DNA of 61,553 bases, filler included, from Hausera hauseri (Eukaryota), in the NCBI GenBank assembly GCA_046269625.1. It is 9 parts of 9 records of this genome, joined end to end, with 100 filler letters (N's around TTAATTAATTAA, not from the genome) between each part and the next. Parts side by side here need not be neighbours in the genome. Positions count along the whole stretch, not along the records: positions 10,938 to 17,574 come from JBJURY010079769.1; positions 17,675 to 22,869 come from JBJURY010310720.1; positions 22,970 to 26,950 come from JBJURY010841746.1; 6 more parts are not named here. The stretch is one strand, 5' to 3'. The position numbers and the translations under genes are program-made. The stretch's first letter is position 1. Each line of letters starts with the position of its first letter. Shown here piece after piece: positions 11,900 to 23,684 of this stretch. The notes beneath the pieces are model-generated. The model ran no database searches and was not told the DNA's origin. It worked only from the letters and a program-made list of their open reading frames with translations.

Positions 11900-12786
11900 G
11901 GGATACCAAAATTTAAAAAATTAACGCATTAACTCAAACAGACGTTATAAACATGACCGGTAGCAAGGTATCAAAAAGTATAATGTGCAGATTGTTCAAA
12001 AAGGCCGGAATAACCCGAAAAGTTCTGAAGAAAGGGCCGAGCATTGTTGCTTTCAGAATAAATTATATGGAGCGAGTAAGATTAATGAACTGGGTAAATT
12101 TGGCGGTCGGTTACTTGTATTCTTGGATGAAACAGGATTCAACCTCCACATATCGCAAAACTACGGTTATGCAACATGCGGACAGAGAGCAGTGACATCA
12201 CGGCCATCCAATCGTGGAAAAAATATATCAATGATGGCTCTGATCAGCATAAATGGCTTGGTGGAATACGAGCTGCTGGACAGTAGTTACAATTCTGGAT
12301 CATACGTTGAATTTTTGGAAACCGTACATAAAAAAGGAGGCTGTTTAAACAATCCGATTTTGATACTGGATAATATAAGGTAATTCGTTTAATAAGAAAT
12401 AATTTACTAACCAAATATAACAGGTTTCACACATGTTCTGATGCTGAAAATCGGCTATTCCAATGGGGCGTACAATGGGTATATCTCCCACGATATAGCC
12501 CCGAATTCAATCCGATCGAATATTTGTTTTCGGAAGTAAAACGGAAGGTGGCGTCTCAACGGCCAAAAGCAACAAACAGAAATGACCTAAAGGTGCTTTA
12601 TAAATATTTTATTTTATAGTCCAACCTTAAATTTAGGATCTACTGCGAAGAGTTATGAAAACGTATTTCAATCACTCGATGGCTGGGTACTACAGCCACT
12701 TCGAAAAGATGCTGATTAAATATAAGAAAATTTTCACAGTCACCGAAATTACGAATGCAGACTGCGACAATGTAAATATTGAATAA
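11900..12786 (+). mobile_element. Tc1/IS630-family DD34E transposase, 5'-truncated and frameshifted, with two 44-nt introns
   Basis: FLDETGF, LILDNIR|FH and LPRYSPEFNPIE; splicing GT-AG introns 12380-12423 and 12593-12636 restores the frame to TAA at 12786. Confidence 0.85.
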
Positions 12787-13149
12787 AAATTAGATTTCTA
12801 AGTTGCGTTCGTCTTCAATGTGTTAAAACTGGAATATTCTTTAAAATTCCACAGTAGTACTTGATAAATAGTTAAAAATTGAACGGAATGTGTGTTATGA
12901 ATCTAACTTTTTATATAGTAATTTTCATACAGTATAAAATTATACGTACTTAAGATTTTTATTCACGCAAAAATTCTTCATATAAAATAGTTCTTTAATT
13001 TAATATATTAGAATAATTCCTTTATAAAGTATTATCTAATTTGACTTTCTTATTTTAATTTAAATAGTCGTTATTGGATAATTCTACATTTATTAATTTG
13101 CACACGTTAATTTAAAATTTTCATAAGTGCGCATATTTCAAAATTATTT

Positions 13150-14175
13150 TTACAGAAATGAAGTATTAAAATTATGTAGTATAAATGAAAAATTTAAACA
13201 AAGTTTTAAAACTACATCGAAATTTACACACTAACACCAAGGTCACAGTATAAAATTTTGATTTCTTTGCACAAGTAGGCCTTCACTATCTATGGCAGGC
13301 GCAGTAAATGATAATTATTGATCTATATAGCCTATTTATGACTTAAATACACATACTGATACATACATGTTATTTACTAAAATTTACCATTTAATGATCA
13401 ATTAAAGTTACTTTTGGGTATACCTAAAATAACAAATATTGTCTTATAAGATTAAAACTCTTGAATTCTAAGGTTAGACTCAAAATGGTAATTAGTTCAA
13501 TGTTTCACGCAGAGATCTTCACAATAATTACCATTGACAACATACTTATTGTACAGCAAGTATTATAAATGTTTAAGAAGTACATCAATTAATTCATGTT
13601 ACAAATAATATTACAAGAAGTATAATAATTGGAACATTTGTACAAGCATTGAGGATCTATCGGTTTCACTTGATAGCATAGAGAATTGCACATTTGATAT
13701 TGGGAATTACACGAAGCCTGGCAAGCATTAGAAGTCACTTCTTGAATGATTACTGAATTCAGAAACAATACTGCTATCTAACAAAATATATAACCATTGA
13801 TTTTGCAAAATGATCAATACTAACGAAAATGAACAACATTGTTTGTAGGTAATAATTAAGCCACGTACGCCGTTGTGACTTATATAAAATGTTGCAGTTT
13901 AATTGTTATGTGAATGAGACTGATGCTAACAAAGTTTGAAGTTCATCCATTAATGTTACTAAAATATGATTTATCAATAAAATATACATACAACTAACAT
14001 GAAACTAATTTTGTCGTAAATTTTATTCCGATTGGCTTCATATGTTTGAGTTTCACTAATGTCTACACCAATTATTTTCACGGCATATTCATGAAAATTG
14101 AAGGTCATATGACCAGTTCCACAACCAACCTCCAAAATATGGAGGTCACTGAATGACATGTTAGTTTTACCAATC
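13150..14175 (-). pseudogene. Class I SAM-dependent methyltransferase gene with short introns, 5' part cut off by an LTR
   Basis: Motif I HILEVGCGTG and motif II IIGVDIS; short GT-AG introns downstream; downstream exons appear to contain stops; 3' boundary approximate. Confidence 0.6.
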
Positions 14176-14966
14176 TGTAAAAGAAATACCTCAATGAGGC
14201 CGATGGATTGCAGTTAGACCAGAATGACAATATTGATAAGTTTATAGGCGAAGATTTATTGGTCTTACGACCCTAAACTTATACTCTTTACTTAGGACTA
14301 AATAGAGTCTAGGGTTTCTCCTTCCCTCTAGACCTGAAATTAATTATTCTTATAAGCAACCTGTGGGGTTGCCTCCAAGTCTTATTTGACCTTAATGTGA
14401 GAACCGTTCAGGAGGAACACTGACGGTTTATCCCTTACTTAATTGATTTTATACCTCCGGCTAATTACAGGGCCGGATACCAAAAAGGGATAATATTTTA
14501 GGTTTATTAATTATACCTTATTACTAAACTTATTTAAAATTATCTATACGTAAGACAGAATTAATGATTATGAATAAAAATATATTGTGAGTTATTAAAT
14601 AGACGAAAACAACTAAAATATGACATACAAATAAAATCAAAGACAAAATGAACCAAAAAGCTTACACGTATTGTAAAGATGAAGCATTGACATAACGCGT
14701 TGAATACTCGATAGTTGTTAAGTGATAAATGATTGAACATACAAGTATTTATAGTAAAATATTGCTGACACCACTTTAGGAAAAATTTACATACCATTAA
14801 AATAATTCGTTGATAAACAAAAATCAATTTAAACATAATTCAATATAAATTAAGTCATATTTAATTTCCATATAAGTTATTCTTATAATTCGACGGAAAA
14901 TCAATTTGTATTGTCAACAGTTCGGGGAATTGTTTGTTATTTGTTCTGGAGTTCGATTACTGCACA
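14176..14966 (-). repeat. 3' LTR (family C, ~790 bp)
   Basis: TGT...ACA termini; preceded on the - strand by the polypurine tract AAGGAGGGAGAAGA (14967-14980); other end abuts methyltransferase coding sequence. Confidence 0.7.
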
Positions 14967-17574
14967 TCTTCTCCCTCCTTAGATGAAGCTGTCCACAGCT
15001 TCAAGGGGTAGGTTTCTAAGGTACCATTCGAATACTTGTAATTGGCGGAGTCTATCCGCAACCATTGATTCCCTTTTCGGATCTTCTTTTTAAGAGTGAC
15101 AGTTTCTCGTGTAGATCTCTTTTTCTTAGTAGATTTTGTTAAATCCACTAGTATCGGTTCATTAGAATCGGTGGTGGGGGATGATTGACTGGTAGTCGGT
15201 TGGTTAGAGGCAAACATTGTAGACGTATTATCAATGTCCATTGATTCACATTTGGAGTCTTCTGTGAGAGCTAACGTCAGGAACTGTTCGTTATCAAGTA
15301 CGATTTCGCTTGTGATTGATTCTGATTGGTTTGGTTGGATTTGAGTAGATAGTTTCTGAAGGTTTCCCTTTTCGATCTTATATTCGTTGATACTATTGTA
15401 AATTTTTGATATTGTCGCCGTCTTCTCTTTGGTCCGCAGAGGGTATACGATGTTGTTGTATTTCATTAAAATTTGTTTATAGGTCAATGTCTTATCTGGA
15501 TTTATTTCTGGGTGATGTAATAGATCTCTAATTCCTAATACTGAATTAGTATCAAAAAGGTCGAGATGCAAATTCGTATTATAGATATCAAGTCCGATTA
15601 TCATTTTTCCATTAAGCTTCTTTCTGATAAGGGATCTGATTTGGTAGGCATCTGTTTGTCCGGTTAAGTCTGGTTCTTTTAGTCCGGTAATTAGACTGTT
15701 ATAATTATCTACTCGTTCACGCGGAGCGACGAGCTTGTCCAATATAATGTTTCCCTCTGAATCTGCAATGGTGATTTCTATAAGGGTCATTTCTTTGTTA
15801 CGCAATGGAGTCAAGAGGAAGGCAGAATTGGTCGCCAATATGACCATCTGATTTTTCGATTTTATCGGCAATCTAGAGAAAGAGATCCCAGCTACAAGTA
15901 ACTCGCGGTTAGGTAAATTTGAGGGATAAATTGGCTTTTCGTATTCAATTTGTGGGAGGATTTCTCTCCTCGTAACTTCAATGTATATTATTGGGGACGG
16001 GCCGCCAAATGTTCTGAGGATGATCGTAACGTTTCTGTAAAATCTCTTATCCAGGCGGATTGTAGTGTAAGCTGTCACATCAAGAGTATCGGTGAAATCG
16101 TTTAACTGGGCTCGACTTTTTATCTGAAAGCTTCCCTTTGCAACTGATATATAAACTGATGTCGTTTGACTGGAAATGTCAATTAGATCAGACAGCTTTG
16201 TAGACGCGGCTGGTAATTTCATGATTAATCCTGATCTCTGATGGAGAAGATGACCTTTAAGGTTGTTCGGAATAAGATTTACCTTTCCATAATAGGCATA
16301 ATCTTTATTGTCTGTCTGGTTCAGGTTGTTAATGATATTGTAGTAGAATGACTTTGTTCGGTCCACAATTTCTGATCCTTCTTGAACTAAAAGGAAATAG
16401 GTGAATGTTAACCAAAAAGATTTGAGGAAAGGGATATAAATATAGATACTTTTATTAAGTTTATCACTCTGATACGCCGCGAGAAATTTAGTAACTCTAT
16501 TCTGTATCATTGTACAGTAATACACTGTTAAGTCTGTTGGTCGACAATCTTGTCGTTTATTTATTCGATTTTTATTGTTAAGAGGAGTTGATGGGCAATC
16601 TTGCCATTCGGGTTTGGCCGGTTCTTTGACCGATAATTTCTTTATTAACGGACGATTTTGCCGTATAGAAATTTGTGGAATTTCATCATTAGACGCACTT
16701 ACTTCTATTGTTTCATCTTCCCTTAATAATTTTAATTGGTTTAACATTTGTCTTATTCTATGCTGTCGTCGCCTCATTTTTGAACAATAAATTACTAAAG
16801 GTAAGAATATGGCTAGTAATATTAAGAAAACAAATAATACACTAATTATCCAAAGATTTTTATTCGTAGTTAATTCTGGTTTTTGTGTAGTTACTCTTCG
16901 TATAATTTTTGGGGTGGTTATTGTTTGCTTTAAAGTCTTTTCTGTACGAGAAACTGTTCGTAATTTTTCTCCTTCATCATCTAGTTCTATTATGATGACT
17001 TTATAGTTTGTATCGGCTTTTAGGAACATACATGCAGATGTCGGTTCTTCAGGAGTTAAAACTCCTTCACTAATCACTCTGTGGTTGAGATAGCACTCGA
17101 ATTTTATATTTGTGTTCTTTAGATCGGGCACTGTAATAACTAGTGAGTGACTTGTTGGTTGGATAATTATATCCAATTCTTTAATATCTTTCTCAGGTTT
17201 CGTCGTGGAACTGATTGCTATCTTATGCGGTATTGTTGATATACTTGATTGTAAAGTAATTATTCTTTTTGTTGTAGTGGGGATTATTTTTATCGATGAT
17301 TTCGCTATTATCTCTGGACCATCTGCTGTTCTTGACCATGTATGACCATCATTCGTGGTCCAATAGTATATAGTATACTGTTTATCAAAAATGATAGGGC
17401 AACATTTATATGGGTCTTGATAGTTTGGTTCACAATGTATACTATTATTTCCATCAAATATTATATACTTGAACTTTCTATACCTTGTAATTACAATATC
17501 TGGTTCCGCTGTTACACAAGGTCCGTTCTTCATGACCTTAGTATAAAATGAAATAAGAAAGTATGGTCGATGAA
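14957..17574 (-). CDS. Retroelement 3' accessory ORF (>858 aa, open to the contig edge): FN3-like domains, Thr-rich stalk, TM helix, degenerate REX4/ISG20-like DEDDh exonuclease fold
   Basis: LKADTNYKVII (FN3-like); LWIISVLFVFLILLAIFLPLVIYC (TM); VILATN...EITIADSEGNIILDKLVAPRERVDNYNSLITGL...MIIG...GIRD (REX4-like); stop codon lies inside the LTR. Confidence 0.7.
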
Positions 17575-17674
17575 NNNNNNNNNNNNNNNNNNNNNNNNNN
17601 NNNNNNNNNNNNNNNNNNTTAATTAATTAANNNNNNNNNNNNNNNNNNNNNNNNNNNNNNNNNNNNNNNNNNNN

Positions 17675-20290
17675 ATATGGGTGTGCAAAGAGGAAGTCTA
17701 AAAGGTTTAAACCGACATGTCGCTGAAAAGTCTGCGTAGCATTCCGGAGATTGAAAGGCATGTACAAGTACTCATAAAGATCGAAAGGTGTGGTAGCAGC
17801 AGTTTCTCGATGTCTTCCGGTGCGACAGGAATTTGGTTGTAAGCTTTGGCTAAATCAATTGTTGAATAAATTGAAGTTGTATTAAGTCGATGTAATATGT
17901 CTTTGATTAATGGTAGTGGATATGCATACATTATGGTTAAAGTATTAATCTGGCGGTAATTGCCGCATGGTCGGAAAGAGCCATCTTTTTTGGGACAACG
18001 TGGACAGGCGAAGACAATGGGGATTTAGACAATCTATCTACGGACAATCGATCTACGGACAATATTTGATTAATCAAGTTCAAAAAATTACGCCTCTACT
18101 GCCTGCCTTCAACGCGTTGACAATGGACGGACCTTTTGTCGAATTGGTCTTTGGTGTCGTATAATTATATTATGGTAAATGCCGTTTACAGGGATGTAAT
18201 ATCGATCTTTCTGAAGTATGCGAGGACAAGAAGTATTGATGAATTATTGTAAACTTATGGGTAGTTTCTGGAATATAGCAAGTGACGATAAACCGATGTT
18301 GCTAGCATTACTTTGTGAATGTTCGTTGATTGTTGGTAGGAAACAGAGTGGAATTTGATGTAGAATGGTCGTGTCCAAGACCTTGTTAGGATAAGTGGTG
18401 TTGTTTAGTGGTTTTACTGAAGATGCAAGATCGCGAGTGCCGACATTGAGCTGTGACTGACTATCGACATTGTCCTTTGAAAGCTTACGAGGTAAGACGT
18501 GATATTTAAGAAAATTAGGATGAGGTATTGACTGTTTTAAGATTGACTGTCTACTTACCGTTGGCTGTGCTGTCGTCGGGGTGCTATCTATTCCTATAAT
18601 ATATTTTTAGGTGTATTTAATTTTAAGCATCGTTGGTTACAGTCGACTAGCAAGTTATAGTGTAACAGGAAATCGGAACCAAGTGTAGCCGTCTGAACGT
18701 TAGCGACTGTAAACGTACAATGAAATGATGAGGAAAATTTGGGAGAGTGAAAGATGATTTGCGAGTTCCAGCAATATGAAGGGGTTGACCGCATGCGGTA
18801 TATAACGGTTTTGTTTTAAGTGAAGAATGCTGAACTGGAAAAGAAAGTGGTGGTAATGAGGTAGCTGCACCTGTGTCTATGAGAAAGTCTATGAATTGAA
18901 TATTAGGAGTAGCGATAGCAGTTTTTAGTGTAAAGACTGCAAAAGAAGTGTGTCGGGAAGAATAATTGGGTTAGTTGCCTTTTCCAGATTCTTCCCTAAA
19001 TACTGGCGGAAAAATCATTTTTTGGATTGGAGAGTTAGGGTATTGTTAGAGAAATTGAAACGTCTATCAGTCGTGTAGTTATGGTTAGTTTTATAGTTAC
19101 AGCCTGAAATAAAATTGCTAGCTTTAAATCCAAATTTTGCATGATAGATGCAAGTAATGTTATCTGAGTGGAGATGCGAGGAATAATATCTACACCCTAA
19201 ACAGCACTTATTTGCTTTGTTATTAAATTTGCTATGATAATAACATATAAATGACTGCGTTGGTGACGGTAATCGATTTCTTGAGATAAAACGCGTTCGA
19301 TGAGAGGAGGAAGCATTCCGTCGATGTGATGAAAGGTCATTCAGCTTATCATTGACGTTATCGATTGTACTTTGTAGTGCAGGATTTTCGGTACGTAATT
19401 GATTCAATTGGTGTTCGATAGATGTATGTCGTTGACTGTTGTCGGTCGCAATTGCGGCTGATATGATGGGTTGTGATTGTATTTGTAAAACTTCGTGTGC
19501 TTTATTGGCCAATTCATTTAGTTTATCGAAAGTTGTAGAATCCTCAACAACAGTAAGTAAAGCCCTCATATGAATGGGTAAAGCGTTAAGAAAATATCGG
19601 CAGAGTAGATCCGAATGGTGTTCTTGGTGATTCCCAGGGTACGTAAATAAACCAACGAGGTGCGTAAAAAATCACTAAGTTTTTTGTCCTTATTGCGTTT
19701 TCATTAAAAAATCTTTGTACTATCGAGTCAATTGGTGGTTCCGTTAGCTTTAATACAGCATTGAACAATTGTGTATAAGGGTCAGAATGTTGAAAGATGT
19801 CCAGTAAGTTATGGATTGAGGTCCTTATGGAATTTGGTAGAAGGTAGAGTAGATTATGGGCTTTTGTTAACGAGTCTGCAATGCCGTTGGATTGTAGCCA
19901 AAGTTGATGAAAGTGGAGCCCAGTCTTACTAGAATTTTCATTGTCTGTAAAGTATTCAGAGAAATGTGATGGTGTAATTGTAGGAGTTTTGTGAGAAAAC
20001 TAATATCGATTGGAGGAGTTAAATGGTTTGATTTTGGATAGTAGATAATGGATTTGGGTTTTGTAGTCACCTTATCTGTGATGTCACTGGTTGGTGAAGA
20101 AATCATACCGCCGCAAATTCTAGGGTGGATGTAAATACAGAGGTAGTATTGTGAGGACATGATGTGTAGGAGGTCAGTTAAAATGAAACCATTGTGAGTC
20201 AAATAGAAGTCATTGAAGGCGTTGGCTTTATGAATCAGGTCATATAATTGTAATGTGTCAATACGTTGTGATGTGCGGTATGTATTAATT
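17675..20290 (-). mobile_element. Degenerate CsRN1-like Gypsy element (gag-PR-RT N-terminus)
   Basis: Gag with CYYH...KC...C motifs, FLIDTGA protease, YPLPLIKDIL...IDLAKAYNQIPV RT; related to 40932-46430. Confidence 0.85.
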
Positions 20291-20295
20291 TTTTA

Positions 20296-22200
20296 TTAAC
20301 AAAAAGGTGGATGGGAAATGACGCTGGTAAACAACAAGCGGGGTATTGTGGTATCTCTACATATTTTATCGGGTGGATTCAGAGTGAGTGATAACTTTGT
20401 GCCTTTGAATGGAACAACGGTCGATTTCTTTTCAACAAAAGTATTCACCACTGTACAGTGACTCGAGTAATACATTCCAGGATTCCGTACATGGTTTGTA
20501 AATCGGTGGGAAATATACACCTATGAAATTAAATACTTCAATCTCATCAATTAATGACGGATGTTCACGAGGAAATACGGCACACTCATGAGACTCTTTA
20601 ATACTGTGTTTAAACTATATTATGGAACTGATTGGAATAGCATTCTAATAGTCAATATCAACAGCACATAATATTTGTGGTCGTGTTTCAGTAACATATA
20701 GGTGTGTCAATGCCTACAAATGGTATTTGTTTCCAGAATAGGTTTGAGGGAGTCTTGGGAAAAAACGTAAAAGAAATGCACAGGATTTTGGAGAATTACA
20801 CAAAGTTAATTTTCCGCCGCCTATGAATAAAAGCCCAATGAACATAAAATACGTCATATAGACACCGTAATGAAGCGTATCTTTAGCTCGAATTATTGAT
20901 CGAAGGCTTCAAGACATACATAACCGCGTTAAATTACCAGTGTCGGATGCAATCATGAACGCTGATAAATGTAGGGTGGATAAAGTCCAATCATAAAAGT
21001 ATTGTCCAATATTCTCCAATAATTCAAAATCGTTTTTGATGGATAATAATTTCTTAATGTGCGAAGGAATAGTAGTAAGACCATCCTGATTATCCGTGCC
21101 AGCATATCGCATGGCCATTACAAAACTTGACCCCACTAGCAACGGAAGATAACTCTCATTGGCCGTCAGAATATAATTTCTGTAAGATTTCCTGTAAGAT
21201 TTGACTAATTGTCGTTGACTGGATATATCGCACGTAAATACAGTGTAGCTGTCATGGAGGTCATAGCAATATTCAACAACGGATGATGTCGAGGACAATC
21301 GATCAAAGCATTTATGATTTTTTGGCAAAACTCGGATTTTGTGAATTGCATAAGCAACTAATATTTATTTTATTGGCAATGCGAATATTGCTGACATCTG
21401 GATCGAATATGCATTTAAAGTCTTGCTTATTTGCTTGTATTGTAAACTGTTTTGTAAATGAAATCGATTCCACTGTACACGAATATGTATAATAGCCAGA
21501 ATAAGTCCCTGTCGGTAAAATGATGATATCACCATAAGTAATTGTACTGAAAGGTCCTCTGATTTGTTTGCCATTACTTTTAATACGTGTTGCATTTTTG
21601 TAATCCCAAAATGAAGTAGAAATACTAACTTCCAAATATGTTAAATATAATGGTAATTTAGGTTCATATGTAAAATTAATATTTCTATCAAATGAATAGC
21701 ATTTGGAGATATTGAATATATCAAAGAGCGAATAATGTAGACAACCATGAAAGTCGCGAAGATGGTATTTAGCGATAAATGAAATTTTCTTGCCTCTATT
21801 TACAAAGTCAATTCCTTGCTTCAAAAATCGTGGTACGAATACGACGTCACAAATGTCGAATGAAAAGTAGCATTGATGATGCATGTTGGTATTTCTGTGC
21901 GATTTATAACTCCAGGCATCGGGGTGATGCAGACATTTGGCATTTTATATTTCATAAGTTCACAATCAGTTCGTTTAGTCTCATGTGATGTCAGGCATGC
22001 AAAACAAAAACAACGATTGTGAAATAAGTTTAAATTCCATAGCTGGATTTTGTCGACACTCGGTTTGCTGAATGATCGTGTTCCAGTAACAGTAAATTCA
22101 TTTATGAAATTCTGATTGCTTGGGTTTGAAACATTACATGTAATTAATTCTGTTAAGAATGCTGTTTCTGTTGATGGATAGATTGTAACATTTTGCACGG
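20296..22200 (-). pseudogene. Frameshifted Cys-rich extracellular/Ig-like membrane protein gene
   Basis: Overlapping ORFs in shifting frames; NVTIYP...ITCNV and SGYYTYSCTV resemble Ig strands; hydrophobic stretch near 20800-20870. Confidence 0.3.
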
Positions 22201-22287
22201 TTTCTGAATAAGAATGCGATTATTTGAAAATGCAAATTCAATCTATTATTTATGGATTTGTTTGTCTAATTAGTAAGGAAACATATT

Positions 22288-22367
22288 TTAATCCCTTCGC
22301 TGCCACTGGCGCCTACATGCGCTTATCAACATATTTTGTTATCAATATTCAGCAGCCAAAGGGTTAA
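22288..22367. mobile_element. Miniature piggyBac-like MITE relic
   Basis: TTAA at both ends with imperfect TIRs TCCCTTCGCTGC / GCAGCCAAAGGG. Confidence 0.45.
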
Positions 22368-22726
22368 TATAAATCAGTATAATAATATTATCATATCGAT
22401 TTCCATGAAATATAACAATGCAGTTGCATTTCACAAGAATTTTAATAAAATTTTCATTTGTTCTTTGAAATAATATTTAACTAAGGTTTGATTTCTAGTC
22501 CGTCGTTCATAAGTAGATAGAATGGTAGGGTCGAAGACAGGCCGACCCTTTCTAATTTTCTATTAAAAGCAATTGTTAGGAAATCAAAAATTCAATAAAA
22601 TCAATAATTTAATTAATAAGTTTAGTTACAGATCACTTATGAATCACTTGTGCATATCTAATCAATTGTGCTGTTATTATTCATTTTTATCAAGTTGGTC
22701 GAATGTAATGTAAGCTAAATTACTTG

Positions 22727-22869
22727 TGTTAGTAGTTGAAGGTGGGCCCTATCCGTCACCCAACTATAACAATAAGATTTTCTTTTTTATTCCTTTTAAT
22801 TTAAGCAGATAAGTCCTAACGTTCTCGTTAGGAGTTTGCACTTGATTTTAGAATGTGTGTACTGAATGC
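22727..22869 (-). repeat. U5 end of a family-B LTR (3' or solo LTR), truncated by the contig end
   Basis: Homologous to 28104-28245; no adjacent PBS. Confidence 0.8.
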
Positions 22870-22986
22870 NNNNNNNNNNNNNNNNNNNNNNNNNNNNNNN
22901 NNNNNNNNNNNNNTTAATTAATTAANNNNNNNNNNNNNNNNNNNNNNNNNNNNNNNNNNNNNNNNNNNNGTTTCGATGTAGGTAAT

Positions 22987-23657
22987 TAGCGTGTCTACAG
23001 TCAACGAAATGGGAAAATGTAGGATCGAAAAGTGACAGGAAATTATTTAGATTCACTCTTGTTACAACAAATGACGTTGACGGATGCACCGAAGTGGAAA
23101 GATCGCTGATCACCCATCAATCCTTACTCTATTGGAGAGAAATGAAGTTCGAGACTTATGGAATATATGATGATGAATGGAAACTTAATGATGAAGGTGA
23201 TATTAAAAATATTGTTGAATTTCTTTATATTTCTGTTTTCGGACACGCTGATATGGGTTGCTGTGTGGGGAAGATTGCCTACGGGATTGGATGGGGTGAA
23301 GTGGATGGGTTGGAAAATAAAATAAAGGGGGGTTGTTTTATTCGGAATATGAAGGGTGGCCATTGGATTGGGTTCTTTTCAAAAAAGGGAAGTTTAACAA
23401 GAAAAGGGAAATTAGTTGTAATCGGGGAAACCTTAAAGGCGATCCCCAAAGTAACACAATGGGCCTGGCAAATTAAGTTATATGTAAGATCAATCGTGAT
23501 AACAACGGAAGGAGAGCTATTCGACAGGGAGACACCCTATGGATCAGGTCTCAGGGTATTCGTAACTGGTTGGAAGGGGAATGTAAGTTTTGGTGTAAGA
23601 AGTGAACAGATAGGTATAATATTCCAATTCAAGGGTGTTTCATATAAAGATAAATGA
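22987..23657 (+). CDS. Gly/beta-rich ORF, possibly jacalin-like lectin fold
   Basis: ~220 open codons; GETL...W...VRSIVITTEGELF...TPYG...FGVRS..IGIIF weakly resembles beta-prism I lectins. Confidence 0.25.
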
Positions 23658-23684
23658 AATTTGTTTCATTATATCGATAAGGAA

